A stretch of DNA of 64,000 nt from a virus. Both the position numbers and the translations under genes were made by a program. The notes below the pieces were generated by a model. The model did not search any database, was not told the DNA's origin, and was given only the letters and a program-made list of their open reading frames with translations. Of this stretch, positions 37,903 to 48,735 are shown one piece after another. The number at the start of each line of letters is the position of its first letter. The stretch's first letter is position 1. The stretch spans positions 64,001-128,000 of the IMG/VR virus record IMGVR_UViG_3300046787_000316, one strand, 5' to 3'.

Positions 37903-37910
37903 ATAAATAT
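37903..37910 (-). promoter_or_regulatory. Putative late-promoter motif ATATTTAT
   Basis: 21 nt upstream of the 37881 start. Confidence 0.5.
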
Positions 37911-37928
37911 AATTATTTTTAAAATCCG

Positions 37929-40900
37929 TTATTCTACTTCCAAAATTGGTTCAGATGAATCTCTACCTGCTTTGTTTACTTTCAACGTATTAGGGTTTGT
38001 TGTAAACACTTCTACCGGAGATGAGCCATCTAAAGTAGTTGCCGCAGTATTTTTAGAACCCTTAAAGAATGAATTTTCCATTCCTCGTGTCAAATCGGAT
38101 GTATTTCTAAAATGTGTTTTTAAATACCCATTTACAGGTACTACCGAAATAATATTGTTCTTAACAATTGGAGCAACCGAATTAGCGAATGGTTGAATAT
38201 TCAATGTTGTTTCTGTATAAACCGATGATGTTAATACACTACCACCTCTTTCATCACCCAATCCAGTTAACGATGATGTTACTGCGTATTTAACTATTTG
38301 TCTAGTCTTTTGTTCGGTTATCAAATTAACTCTAACTCTCTCCTTTATAACACTACCATCTGTTCCAAAATAAGTTCTAATGGCAGAACCACTTTGTGCA
38401 TAAATACCAAATCCAATATTTTCTAATACCGATTGACCTGCTATTGTATTACTATTTACTAAATCAATTTCACTTAATATAGTAGGTTCGCCTAAGCCGG
38501 AACTAATTGTAGTTTCTTTTTGATAAACATCCGATGATAATATCAAATCATCATTGGCACCAATTAATGAATCATATTGATAATTCATAGCCGTTAAATT
38601 ATTAGATAAATTGGCTTCAACTAATGATTCATACTGATTATTTTCACCAGATATACTATCGGATAAATCGGCGTTTACAATCATTTCATATTGATTGTTT
38701 TCCATTTGTATTACCGTAGTATCCGAAAACTTTATATTAGTTTCTTTCTGATATTCTTCTCCCGTTGGCTTATTCAATTGAACTTTACTTCTTTCTAAGA
38801 AATGCGGCTCAATTAAAAGACCCGTAGTTGCTTTAACTCTAGCTGGCAACATCTTCTTAATATCTTCAAACATTGATTTCTCATAAAGTTTGATTAAGTT
38901 GATGTATGAATAAATATCTCTACCATCAAATCTTTCGAAGTAATAACTTCTCAAATCATCTAATTGTTTGTAATTAGATTTATATGCATCGGATGGGTCA
39001 CCAATATAGTTATCCAAATTAATTCCACCAAATGATTTGGCGATATCAATATTTAATTCTTTTGTTGGTGAGAAAAATAATCCCACTCTATTTGAATCGG
39101 TTGGAGATTGGTCAAACGCTTTCTTAGTAGCTCTACCTTTAGATGATAAATCTGAAATTAATGTTTGCGATTCCATTCTAACTTTATTCGTAGAATATCT
39201 ACCAGCTCCTAAATCGGGTATTTCCAATACAACACTTCTATCAATAGCTTCGAATTGATACGGATAATCTGTTATAGATGTAAATCCAAACGCAGATGCT
39301 GAATATGATGCCGATGGGTTTGTTGATAATATTGTATCTCCACCTACCAAAGAACCACTTTCTAAATCATTTCTATATAAAGATGATGAATAGTGTATAT
39401 TCGCATCCACATTTAACAATGATTGAGAAACTGATAAATTCTTAGGGTATTCAAAATCTAAACGGAAATATAAATCATCGGTAGATGCTGAAACGTGATT
39501 TCCATTAATCATCTCCGGAAATGAAACGTGTTCAAAGAAACGTTCTTTTTCCAATGGGGTTGACCATAAACGGAATTCATCCAAACTACCAACGTATGTT
39601 CCACCAACCTTTAATTCAGTAGGAGTTTCCCAATCCGAATTTGTATTAACTACACTAGCAGTCGTTGTGTTTTGGAATATAGTTCTTTCTTTATTAGCCT
39701 GTCTTACATTTAATTCAAAATTATGATAACTACCACTTACTTCTCTTGATATCTCTACACCAAAGAAATTACCATTGAATATAGGTAATATTGATGATGT
39801 AAAATTACTAGAGCCATAATTGAACTCCAAATATCCAAACGGATTATCAGCATCATTAGATGATGTGTGTAAATTTAAACTAACCGAACTACCATTCAAT
39901 GAAAGTAATGTAGATGATTGTCTACCCAATGGTTTAACAAATACCTCTATTGTATCAGGTCGTCTATTTCGCTCGGTATCTCTCCAATCAGTTGTAATAT
40001 ATGAACCACTAACCATTTTAAGAGCGGTAGTAATGTTATCCATCACTAACTTAGTCTTAGTAGTTTCGGTTACTTCTGGTCCTCCAAATTCTAAAATAGA
40101 AAGATTAGATGATGGGATACCATAGCAACTCAATAGTGCGTAAACTCCTCTTCGAGTTCCTTTATGTTTTAATAAGTAAGGTAAGTTATTTATAATTCTT
40201 CTCCAAACTTCGTATGTTCTTTGTTTGGCTGGGTTTAATTCAGTTTCACCATTTTGATTACCAAATACATAAGACCACAATGCTTTATCTGCTGCCAGAT
40301 TTTGAGCATCCCATCCAAATGATTTAAGTGCATCAAATAATAATTTATCCGAAATACCATCTTTCGATTGGTATCCTAATCCTCTACTCTTTTCAATTGC
40401 TTTGGTATGGAAATAGATATTATCAAAATGTTGACCAATCATTGAAAAGAATAATAGTAAACTGGCATTCTCCTCATTGTTAACAATATATTGTGGTATA
40501 TTGTTTTGAACCCAATTCATATTATTAGAATCATAGATAGTAGCATCCTCTAATATAATGTTATACCAATCGGCAACACTATTATCATTCGATGATACTC
40601 TATTACTTCCGTTATAAGGCCAAGACATTGAAGATGATGTGTATAAGAATTTCTCAAATCCATCAAATCCAGTTATCAATTGATTTTTCTTAGATAATTG
40701 TCTTTCACTCTCTTGTTGCGATACAAGTGATGATGTATAAAATGCTTGCTCCTCACCGGTATAATCGGTAGATGCGCTTAATATTAATTGCTCATAACTT
40801 TCAATTAATTGAACTTTATAAACGAAATTATCCAATCTTTCTTTTGCCGAACTGAAATGTACGAAGTTATTCCACAAATAAGTTGAACCACTCACATATT

Positions 40901-42971
40901 CAATATTCAGTGCATCAGTACTAATCAATGAAGAGCTTAGATATGTATTCACCAATTCGGATGATGATGATATCGATGTTCCTAATATCAAATTATCTAA
41001 CGATTCGTAGTTAGTAGATTGTCCTTTTACAAAATCAACCGGAATTTCAAAATTAGGCCCTTTTAATGGAGGACATGATAAATCATCTTGCTCATTTAAT
41101 ACAACCGTTTCAATCAACGGATTACTCATTAATTTAGTAATCCAAAATGTTGAATTGTTTGATATATTGGCTGGAAGCGGCGAGTATAGTTTTAATATAA
41201 TCGATTCAACTTCATTTGTAACAAATTCATTACCCAATTCATCAATTGATTTATCAGATAATGTCCAATTATCAACTTCCCAAGATGAAATCAATGTTTG
41301 CTCATTGTTTCCAAAGTTAGCAAGATGTGTTAAGTATTTACTTTCCTTATCTGGTTCAATAATACTTAATTTCTCCGAAAACGATTGGAATAATGATGTA
41401 GCAATTATATCTTCATCCAATGATAAGGTTGGTAAAGTTAATTTAGTAATAATTTCGTATTCATTACCAATTAACTCTTCAGCGCCACCTCTATTATAGG
41501 GTTTTAATATCAATGTAACATTATCACTACCACTCCAATTAGGATATGCGTTTCGTAATGTTTTAAGATTAATCTTTAATCCACCATTTGCAGGTTGATT
41601 GGTAGCTAATCCAATATTAGAACCATCTTTTAATTTTAAAAATATATCAACTGATGTTGCTGCGAATGTTGCGTATTTAACATCGTATTCAACATTGAAA
41701 TCAGAAAATGATGGAACATCGATTGTATCAGCACACGTTACTTCGGTAATAGATGGATAATCATTCACCGATGTAAAGGTTACTAATATTTCTTTTCTAG
41801 TACCCGTTCCATATTTGTTCCCAACAGGAACTAATATAATTCGATTTGAACCATATACCTCTTGAAAATCTTTTTGAAAGAATAATGTGAATTGGTTGTT
41901 AGAGGCCGGTATCTCCAAAACTTTCGAAGGAGATACATATACCATTACTTTATCAGCATTATTGGTTTTAAATGGAATCGTAATAGATTTCTCCGTATCC
42001 GATTCTCTTACACTTAATGTATATTGCGTAGAACTTAGCTCAATGGTAGGTTCGGCAAATGTCAATATCTTTTCAGCGTTAACAATGACTATGAAAGTAG
42101 ATGTTAATTGGTTTGCTGGTATTTGAAATGAATATGGTTGCGTCACCAATCTATCAAAGTTGATGTTATTTACATCATCTCCGATTTGAGATTTAACACC
42201 TGAATAAATACCGGTGATACTAATATCGCTTGGCAAATTACCCTGTAATTGTAGATTAACAACCGCATTACTTATAGTTTGTTTTGGTAATATACCAAGT
42301 AAGTTACCATCTGATAATTTTAATGTACCCGATTTAATTATATCACCATTTGAAATGATATCATATTTTAACGAGATGTAATCGTTAATTTCCGATGTTA
42401 AGTTTGAACCAAACCCCAATTCATATTCAATATTTGGGTTAGGTGACTCGTTTATTTGTTCAATATATGATACGGAAGGGGATACGGCTGCCTTTTCAAG
42501 TTTAAAATTCAAAGTAACACCACCAGTTGCATAGTTTAAAGTTCTTGGTTGTTCAGCTATCCACTCACCATTTGAATAGGTGAACTCTTGAATAGATACT
42601 CCCTCACTTCGTATATTGTTAGCATCTAATGGGATAATACTTACATCAAACTTATTTACAACTCTACCAGCCGAAGTAAGTGCAGTGTAGGTTCTCTTTG
42701 AACCAAATTTAGTAGATGGACTATACGTTACAGTCGTAGAAGTTCCGTATGTAACTACTACACCATTATCTGCGAATTCAAGAGCATCATATCCATCTGC
42801 TGTTAAATTTATATGCAATGGATTTGTTTTTACAGCTCTAGTGGGAACGTATGGAATTACTGGAGTAGGTATCGAAACCCCTCCTCCTCCGCCACCGCCT
42901 CCACCAAATGAGATGAATCCCCCATCTATGGATATACTATCCGCTGCATCTCGTAAAAATTCTTGTACCAT
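37929..42971 (-). CDS. Large baseplate wedge protein (T4 gp7/P2 gpI-like core) with Ig-like and LamG-like regions
   Basis: WRRIINNLPYLLKHKGTRRGVYALLSCYGIP; LamG-like GSLDEFRLWS; located in baseplate module. Confidence 0.65.
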   Translation of the reverse strand: MVQEFLRDAADSISIDGGFISFGGGGGGGGGVSIPTPVIPYVPTRAVKTNPLHINLTADGYDALEFADNGVVVTYGTSTTVTYSPSTKFGSKRTYTALTSAGRVVNKFDVSIIPLDANNIRSEGVSIQEFTYSNGEWIAEQPRTLNYATGGVTLNFKLEKAAVSPSVSYIEQINESPNPNIEYELGFGSNLTSEINDYISLKYDIISNGDIIKSGTLKLSDGNLLGILPKQTISNAVVNLQLQGNLPSDISITGIYSGVKSQIGDDVNNINFDRLVTQPYSFQIPANQLTSTFIVIVNAEKILTFAEPTIELSSTQYTLSVRESDTEKSITIPFKTNNADKVMVYVSPSKVLEIPASNNQFTLFFQKDFQEVYGSNRIILVPVGNKYGTGTRKEILVTFTSVNDYPSITEVTCADTIDVPSFSDFNVEYDVKYATFAATSVDIFLKLKDGSNIGLATNQPANGGLKINLKTLRNAYPNWSGSDNVTLILKPYNRGGAEELIGNEYEIITKLTLPTLSLDEDIIATSLFQSFSEKLSIIEPDKESKYLTHLANFGNNEQTLISSWEVDNWTLSDKSIDELGNEFVTNEVESIILKLYSPLPANISNNSTFWITKLMSNPLIETVVLNEQDDLSCPPLKGPNFEIPVDFVKGQSTNYESLDNLILGTSISSSSELVNTYLSSSLISTDALNIEYVSGSTYLWNNFVHFSSAKERLDNFVYKVQLIESYEQLILSASTDYTGEEQAFYTSSLVSQQESERQLSKKNQLITGFDGFEKFLYTSSSMSWPYNGSNRVSSNDNSVADWYNIILEDATIYDSNNMNWVQNNIPQYIVNNEENASLLLFFSMIGQHFDNIYFHTKAIEKSRGLGYQSKDGISDKLLFDALKSFGWDAQNLAADKALWSYVFGNQNGETELNPAKQRTYEVWRRIINNLPYLLKHKGTRRGVYALLSCYGIPSSNLSILEFGGPEVTETTKTKLVMDNITTALKMVSGSYITTDWRDTERNRRPDTIEVFVKPLGRQSSTLLSLNGSSVSLNLHTSSNDADNPFGYLEFNYGSSNFTSSILPIFNGNFFGVEISREVSGSYHNFELNVRQANKERTIFQNTTTASVVNTNSDWETPTELKVGGTYVGSLDEFRLWSTPLEKERFFEHVSFPEMINGNHVSASTDDLYFRLDFEYPKNLSVSQSLLNVDANIHYSSSLYRNDLESGSLVGGDTILSTNPSASYSASAFGFTSITDYPYQFEAIDRSVVLEIPDLGAGRYSTNKVRMESQTLISDLSSKGRATKKAFDQSPTDSNRVGLFFSPTKELNIDIAKSFGGINLDNYIGDPSDAYKSNYKQLDDLRSYYFERFDGRDIYSYINLIKLYEKSMFEDIKKMLPARVKATTGLLIEPHFLERSKVQLNKPTGEEYQKETNIKFSDTTVIQMENNQYEMIVNADLSDSISGENNQYESLVEANLSNNLTAMNYQYDSLIGANDDLILSSDVYQKETTISSGLGEPTILSEIDLVNSNTIAGQSVLENIGFGIYAQSGSAIRTYFGTDGSVIKERVRVNLITEQKTRQIVKYAVTSSLTGLGDERGGSVLTSSVYTETTLNIQPFANSVAPIVKNNIISVVPVNGYLKTHFRNTSDLTRGMENSFFKGSKNTAATTLDGSSPVEVFTTNPNTLKVNKAGRDSSEPILEVE

Positions 42972-42976
42972 CTATA

Positions 42977-42995
42977 TTGTTTAGTAATAAATATT
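42977..42995 (-). promoter_or_regulatory. 19-bp element AATATTTATTACTAAACAA containing the late motif
   Basis: Identical to 34688..34706; upstream of the 1680-aa gene. Confidence 0.6.
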
Positions 42996-43031
42996 TTAAT
43001 ATTATTTTATTGGAATACTTCCAATTTGAAA

Positions 43032-44456
43032 TTACTGAACTTGTAATTCCATATCATTCCTATCGGTGAATCTATCGCCAAAATTACGTTCGTTTACGAT
43101 ACCACCACCACTACTACCACCACCAAACGATGGCGTTATTGAAACGGCTGGTTCATCTACAATTGGAATAGGTGTGAATGTTGGTAAGAATATATTCGAA
43201 AGATTATCTAATCCCATTGCATTTAACCCAATATTGAGATTCACTCCACTAAAATCTACAATTGGTGCAACCGGTATATTGATTGAATCGATTGGTAACT
43301 TAATTGTTATTTCGGGAGCAATTTCAATTGGTGGAAATACTTTTGGAATTGGAATTGGAATTACTGGCGGAGGAGTTACCTTTACCGGCACTTCAATTTT
43401 AGTTACAGTCTTTATAGGAGCCAATTCAGTAGTTCCTTGAACTCTCAAATCAACTTTATCCGGAGCATAAACATTTCGTTTAATATCCACATTAGTTTGA
43501 AATGAATTCAAATTATCTTGTATTTGCTTTCGCAATTCAACTACCGCAAACTCTTTTGGTAAGTTACTATAATCAATAGCTCTACGTTTTAAAGTCTTTA
43601 TATTATATGTAATACAATTATTTAATATATTAGATATATCACCCATTAATGTTGTAAACGAATATTGCTCACAATCTATAAAACGAATTTCAGATGGTTT
43701 ACCAAAATTAGATTGAGAAATATCATAGTATCGGTTGTTTAGCCAATGATTTACACTATCTCTGAAATTATCAAATATTCTCTTATTAAATGTATCCAAA
43801 TCTCGTAAACCAAAATCCTTTCTTATAGTTGCTCTAAAATCGTTTCCAAATTTAGCAACTAAAGCATCATCAATTTTACCCAATGAATCGGATTCGAATT
43901 TATCTAACGCATCTAATATATTTCTTTTATAATATTTGAAATCTTTACTTAAATTATGAATATTTTTAAATTCATAAGTTGTGATTACATTTATACTTTC
44001 ATCTTTCGTTTTCAATGGAATTATACGAACCTCTTCTCTTGAAGGAGATATTTCTTGTATCCAAACTTTAGTTAATTCATTATCTGAACCAACTTTGTTT
44101 CTAACAAAATTTATGTTTAATTTTAAAATACCATTGGTGAATCCCAACTCATTCAATAACTTTTCAGCATCGATGGCCATTTCGGGAAATCCTTGCTTAT
44201 TATTTAAAACATATAAGTAATTTTTAATATCACCTGTTTTAATATATGCGATATTTTTACCACTTTTATGTGGTAGTATATTGTTGTTAATATCATATAC
44301 GGATACCTCCATAACATCATATTTACAATCTCCAAAATCGGTTTCATCTAATTCATTTTTAGACACAATAAACAAATCCTCCGATTGAAGATATTTACCT
44401 TCATTTTGAGTTTTATTATTGATTTCATCAAAATTAGCGTATTTTGTAATACTCAT
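43032..44456 (-). CDS. Hypothetical virion protein with Pro-rich C-terminus
   Basis: 474-aa ORF in the baseplate operon; IQEISPSREEVRI. Confidence 0.6.
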   Translation of the reverse strand: MSITKYANFDEINNKTQNEGKYLQSEDLFIVSKNELDETDFGDCKYDVMEVSVYDINNNILPHKSGKNIAYIKTGDIKNYLYVLNNKQGFPEMAIDAEKLLNELGFTNGILKLNINFVRNKVGSDNELTKVWIQEISPSREEVRIIPLKTKDESINVITTYEFKNIHNLSKDFKYYKRNILDALDKFESDSLGKIDDALVAKFGNDFRATIRKDFGLRDLDTFNKRIFDNFRDSVNHWLNNRYYDISQSNFGKPSEIRFIDCEQYSFTTLMGDISNILNNCITYNIKTLKRRAIDYSNLPKEFAVVELRKQIQDNLNSFQTNVDIKRNVYAPDKVDLRVQGTTELAPIKTVTKIEVPVKVTPPPVIPIPIPKVFPPIEIAPEITIKLPIDSINIPVAPIVDFSGVNLNIGLNAMGLDNLSNIFLPTFTPIPIVDEPAVSITPSFGGGSSGGGIVNERNFGDRFTDRNDMELQVQ

Positions 44457-44467
44457 AGTTTATATTA

Positions 44468-45613
44468 TTAATATGAATCTGGATGATACTTACCAAACCC
44501 AGCTTCGTATGTTTTATCTTTAGATGAGCCATCCGAACGAGTTACCGTTACTTTCAATGCACCACCTTTATAATCTTTTGATTTGGTGTTACCACCAAAC
44601 CAACCACCTTTTTTACGAGAATCTAAATCTCCAACTGTATTTTCAGTTAGAGTTAAATTTAATTTTTTGTTTTCTCCAGCAGCCATTGTAAACTGCATTT
44701 CGGGAATAGTATAAAAATCCCTACCACTTTCAGGATTAGTTTTGGTTAACTTAATCGTTATTTGACTTTTATCATTATTGGTTATTTCCAATGCTTTTCC
44801 ATTTTTCCATTGAGAACCACCACCTGATTTGAATCTAGCCCAAATAGCCGGAGCACTAGCATCTTCATTTGCCTCCAACTTAATAATTGCAACTTCATTT
44901 ACAACATCCGCACCAGCTGCTTGAGCTTGTGCCAATGTTCCCGATGTGATTGCAGATTGTTGTTGAACTGCTCCTAATTGAGCTTGCAATCCTTCAATGA
45001 TTGAGTTTAACGAATCAATTTGTTTAATCAATGCTTCAATCTGTGCTTTGAATCCTGAATTTTGAGCTTGTAAAGATGCTCTTAAAATAGATTCATCTAC
45101 CGATTTTTGAACCGCTGATTGAATTTGTGTTGTAAAATCTTGTATAGTTCCGTTCAACGCATCTAACTGATTTAATAACACATCATTTGTCTGCTCTATG
45201 TTTAATCTACTATTAATTTCAGTTTGAACTCTAGCATTCAAATCCGTTACAGTATCATTTAATGATTGAACTTCTTGCGTTAAATCGGTTACTTGTTTTC
45301 GTAAATCCTCATTATCTAATACCTTTTCATCATACAACGGCTTTGGAACTAAATCCAAATTAGGTGTTGGAATGTTTGGTTTTAGCTCTTTAACTTCGAT
45401 ATCGATTGCTTTTACCAATTCAACATCATCGTGTCTATCTTTACTAAGGCTTTTGAATAACAAAGATGAAGCAGGTATCTGTTCATTTACTATTGTAACG
45501 TTGTAATCATTTTTGGCAATAGATTGAGAACCCGATACACTTAATATCGTTTCTAATTTCTCTTTACGAGCCGCTTCTAACTTCTGAGCTATTGCTTCTA
45601 ATGCTGTTGCCAT
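44468..45613 (-). CDS. Coiled-coil virion protein
   Basis: Long heptad region (LRKQVTDLTQEVQSLNDTVTDLNARV...) plus an Ig-like C-terminus. Confidence 0.6.
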   Translation of the reverse strand: MATALEAIAQKLEAARKEKLETILSVSGSQSIAKNDYNVTIVNEQIPASSLLFKSLSKDRHDDVELVKAIDIEVKELKPNIPTPNLDLVPKPLYDEKVLDNEDLRKQVTDLTQEVQSLNDTVTDLNARVQTEINSRLNIEQTNDVLLNQLDALNGTIQDFTTQIQSAVQKSVDESILRASLQAQNSGFKAQIEALIKQIDSLNSIIEGLQAQLGAVQQQSAITSGTLAQAQAAGADVVNEVAIIKLEANEDASAPAIWARFKSGGGSQWKNGKALEITNNDKSQITIKLTKTNPESGRDFYTIPEMQFTMAAGENKKLNLTLTENTVGDLDSRKKGGWFGGNTKSKDYKGGALKVTVTRSDGSSKDKTYEAGFGKYHPDSY

Positions 45614-45614
45614 A

Positions 45615-46688
45615 TTAAACTATTTCAAATATTGATTTATCATCAATTATATAATCAATCCCACTTTGGGATATTTTCATTTTTAATAAATAAGTTCTAT
45701 TAGCTGGTAAGCTACTTAAATTCATAATAAAAAAACTACCATTACTATCACAACTAATTTTAGTGTAATCCCCAAATGGAAATATAACTTCTCCAGTTAT
45801 ATAATCTTCCAATTGGTAATATGATGTAGTGGGTAAATAGCTTGTATTATCGTAATCAAACGTTCCTGAAAACGTTCTCATTGGATATAACTCTCTACCT
45901 TTAACTCTAATTTTTATCTTACTATCTTTTGAATATTTTGATTTTAAATTAGAATATACAACTTTAAAATTCTCATCAGGTATCACACTTAGTGAGCCGG
46001 TTGAAAATGTAGAATCATCCCAAACAATTTCTAATTTAGGTTCATATATTGTATGTGTTTCTTTTGAAAAGAATTTCAACACACCATAATCTAATGAATC
46101 CTCTTCATTAGTTAATCCATGTCTTACAATAAATCCATTATTAGGTAATGAACCACTCATCCATAGATTAACAATTCCAGTCACATCCATTCTAACGTCA
46201 TCCACTTCATAGTTGTATGATTGAGATGCTTCCGACCCCGTATACCAAGTACCACCCTCAGCGTTAGCAGAACCAGTAGTTCCCGCTACAAACGTAGCAG
46301 TTCCTCCTAATGTGTTATCTTGCCAAGTATTAATTCCATCTCTATACTTCCAACTTATACCATCGGTTGTTATATTATCGAATTTAGTACCTGTTCCCAT
46401 ATTCCAACTTTGAGAAACGGCGTTGGCATAGATTGTATATTCCAATGGAATTTCCTCTGAACCCGCTGATTTCAAATTTAGATACGCTTTCCAACTACCT
46501 GTAATCTCTCCACTTACTATGGATGCCGATATTTGATTGGTATTGAACTTTATTAATGCTCTAGCTATATCTTTGGTATCTCCATAATATAGTTTACCTA
46601 CTTCCAACATTTCATCCCTACCAGCGTTTTGGTCGGGTTGTTGTAAGTAAATACTGGCATCGAACGATGATGTGAATAGTTTATGCAT
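45615..46688 (-). CDS. DNRLRE-like domain virion protein
   Basis: DASIY...NAGRDEMLEVG...DIARALIKFN...NNGFIV...PKLEIVWDD. Confidence 0.6.
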   Translation of the reverse strand: MHKLFTSSFDASIYLQQPDQNAGRDEMLEVGKLYYGDTKDIARALIKFNTNQISASIVSGEITGSWKAYLNLKSAGSEEIPLEYTIYANAVSQSWNMGTGTKFDNITTDGISWKYRDGINTWQDNTLGGTATFVAGTTGSANAEGGTWYTGSEASQSYNYEVDDVRMDVTGIVNLWMSGSLPNNGFIVRHGLTNEEDSLDYGVLKFFSKETHTIYEPKLEIVWDDSTFSTGSLSVIPDENFKVVYSNLKSKYSKDSKIKIRVKGRELYPMRTFSGTFDYDNTSYLPTTSYYQLEDYITGEVIFPFGDYTKISCDSNGSFFIMNLSSLPANRTYLLKMKISQSGIDYIIDDKSIFEIV

Positions 46689-48733
46689 TATAGTGCTCTT
46701 CCTTTTATGTCTTTATTAGGGTATTTTACTTCGAAAACGCAAGGGTCTAAGGATGGATAAACTATCTTACCTTGAGTTGCTTGTTCTATATTATATCTAT
46801 TAGGAGAATAGTTTTCTCCATTCGTATTTGATTTACATAAATTAGAAATCTTAACAGATGGAACACTCATTACGCCATCCACATTTGCTAATAGTAATTC
46901 TATTTCTGAAATGTTGATTGGTTTATTGAATGTCCAATTATCTGTATTAAAATAATCTTGCAATTCTAATAAACATTTTGTGATAACTTCATTTTTGTTA
47001 TAATTTGAATAACATATAATTTCAAAATCACATCCAATGTTAACAATAAATCCATCGATTATATTAACGGCATCCGTAATCATTCTATACTCACCTAAAT
47101 AAGTTTTAAGGTTTTCCTTTATAGCCGGATTCAAATTTGTTAATTTTTTATCACCATCATAAGCCAATACATACATATTGATTGCGAATGGGTTATTAAC
47201 CTCCGATAGATTTGATTTCTTTTGTGTAAGATATTTTACCAATTCGGTTTGTATTTCCGATTTAGTTTTATCTTTCATCCCATCGACTATACCAACAAAT
47301 TCTGCAATATTATTTGGATTAGCGAGAATCGAAGCAGGTGAATTATTATCAACCTCACCATCGGGAGAAACATATACTTTGGCAACACTACCATATCTTT
47401 CTGGCATACTCAATGCTCTTACAATGTAATCCTGTCTAGTCACTGCTCTGTTTTGAGAACCAAATGTTGCTAATGCGTTTTGTCTGATTTCCTCAATTGA
47501 TTCTACACCTCTACCACCTACCGCTGGTTCTAAGTTTTCAACCGCTACGGATGTCTTATATGTTTCGTAAAGATTTCGTTCAGCTACATCGGCAAATGAT
47601 AATAAATCTTCTTCGAATTCTATTTTTGTTACATTGGTTAAATCGCCCGTATTAACATTTGATTCTACACCACCTCCAACTAAATATTTAACACGCAATG
47701 TTGTTCCATTTGATGGGACAACTCCAAATGTATTTGTTTTTAAGAAATTAGATGGGTCTATCGATGAGTTCAATCTACTAATTGAATGGGCTAATCCTAA
47801 TCCAACATTTTTAGAATTTGGCAATATTACCTCATCCGGTTGGCTTGAATCACCACTACCAAATTGTAAATCAATTGTGTTATCTGAATTTACTTTTACA
47901 CTAAATCTATTTGGAACTTTTTGTATTTCTAAAATATACGGAACTACGGATGATGATGAATATAATTCACTTTTACTTTCAATATTAGCCGTTTCTACAA
48001 AAATACTTTCTTGTGCCAAATATGGAACTTCGTACCACTTCTCACCATCTTGTGATGTTACCGATACAATTTGTATTATATTTGTATCACTTATAGTTTT
48101 AGTTGGATATTCCATATAATCACCAAAATACAAATCAGTTTCTTTTTGAGTAGCTGATATTGCTTTTACTTTTTTGGTAATCAAATATTGAGTAGGAGCA
48201 CCAGTCACACTATCCCTTTCAAACACATCAATTTCTCTATCCGTTGGATTAGAAAAATCAACTGCATCCAATGTTCTAAATGTTATATTTGATTTAGTAG
48301 TCGATGATACTTGCATACCATCTTTTATTCTTAAATAATATTTAGGGTTCGGGTCGTATTTATCACTTCCATTACCACCAATCACCGGCATCAACTGATA
48401 TACAGTCAATGTAGTTACAGCAGGTGATGTTACCTTTGGTTTATATCCCATAGATTGCGCCAATGCTACAACGTTTTTACGTTCGGTAGCATGTGATAAC
48501 ATCGATTCTTTTAATTGAGTATCCTGATAAAATGAAAGAATATCACCAATAGCAGCTGCTTGTTCTACAAACACCATACCTGGCGAAGCCTCATTGAAAT
48601 CCGAATATGTGTTAGGGAAATACGTTTTAGTATAATCAATAAGAGTTTGCTTCAATGTTGCAAAATCTTTACCAACGTAATTTACATTTTTACTTTCGTT
48701 ACCCCAAGTCTTATTTATAGGTTTAAGTCCCAT
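46688..48733 (-). CDS. Baseplate wedge subunit (T4 gp6 / baseplate J-like)
   Basis: YVGKDFATLKQTLIDY, YSDFNEASPG, GGRGVESIEEIRQNA...QNRAVTRQDY. Confidence 0.9.
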   Translation of the reverse strand: MGLKPINKTWGNESKNVNYVGKDFATLKQTLIDYTKTYFPNTYSDFNEASPGMVFVEQAAAIGDILSFYQDTQLKESMLSHATERKNVVALAQSMGYKPKVTSPAVTTLTVYQLMPVIGGNGSDKYDPNPKYYLRIKDGMQVSSTTKSNITFRTLDAVDFSNPTDREIDVFERDSVTGAPTQYLITKKVKAISATQKETDLYFGDYMEYPTKTISDTNIIQIVSVTSQDGEKWYEVPYLAQESIFVETANIESKSELYSSSSVVPYILEIQKVPNRFSVKVNSDNTIDLQFGSGDSSQPDEVILPNSKNVGLGLAHSISRLNSSIDPSNFLKTNTFGVVPSNGTTLRVKYLVGGGVESNVNTGDLTNVTKIEFEEDLLSFADVAERNLYETYKTSVAVENLEPAVGGRGVESIEEIRQNALATFGSQNRAVTRQDYIVRALSMPERYGSVAKVYVSPDGEVDNNSPASILANPNNIAEFVGIVDGMKDKTKSEIQTELVKYLTQKKSNLSEVNNPFAINMYVLAYDGDKKLTNLNPAIKENLKTYLGEYRMITDAVNIIDGFIVNIGCDFEIICYSNYNKNEVITKCLLELQDYFNTDNWTFNKPINISEIELLLANVDGVMSVPSVKISNLCKSNTNGENYSPNRYNIEQATQGKIVYPSLDPCVFEVKYPNKDIKGRAL

Positions 48734-48735
48734 TC

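Noticed and set aside
4673-37909. TATAAATA on the plus strand read as T4 late promoters driving plus-strand transcripts
   Set aside because: No plus-strand genes follow them, and the motif flips with gene orientation at 29724, so the functional reading is more likely TATTTAT on the coding strand
43009-43025. ATTGGAA-TAC-TTCCAAT hairpin as a terminator
   Set aside because: Weak AT-rich stem, 3-nt loop, and no U-tract on the minus strand
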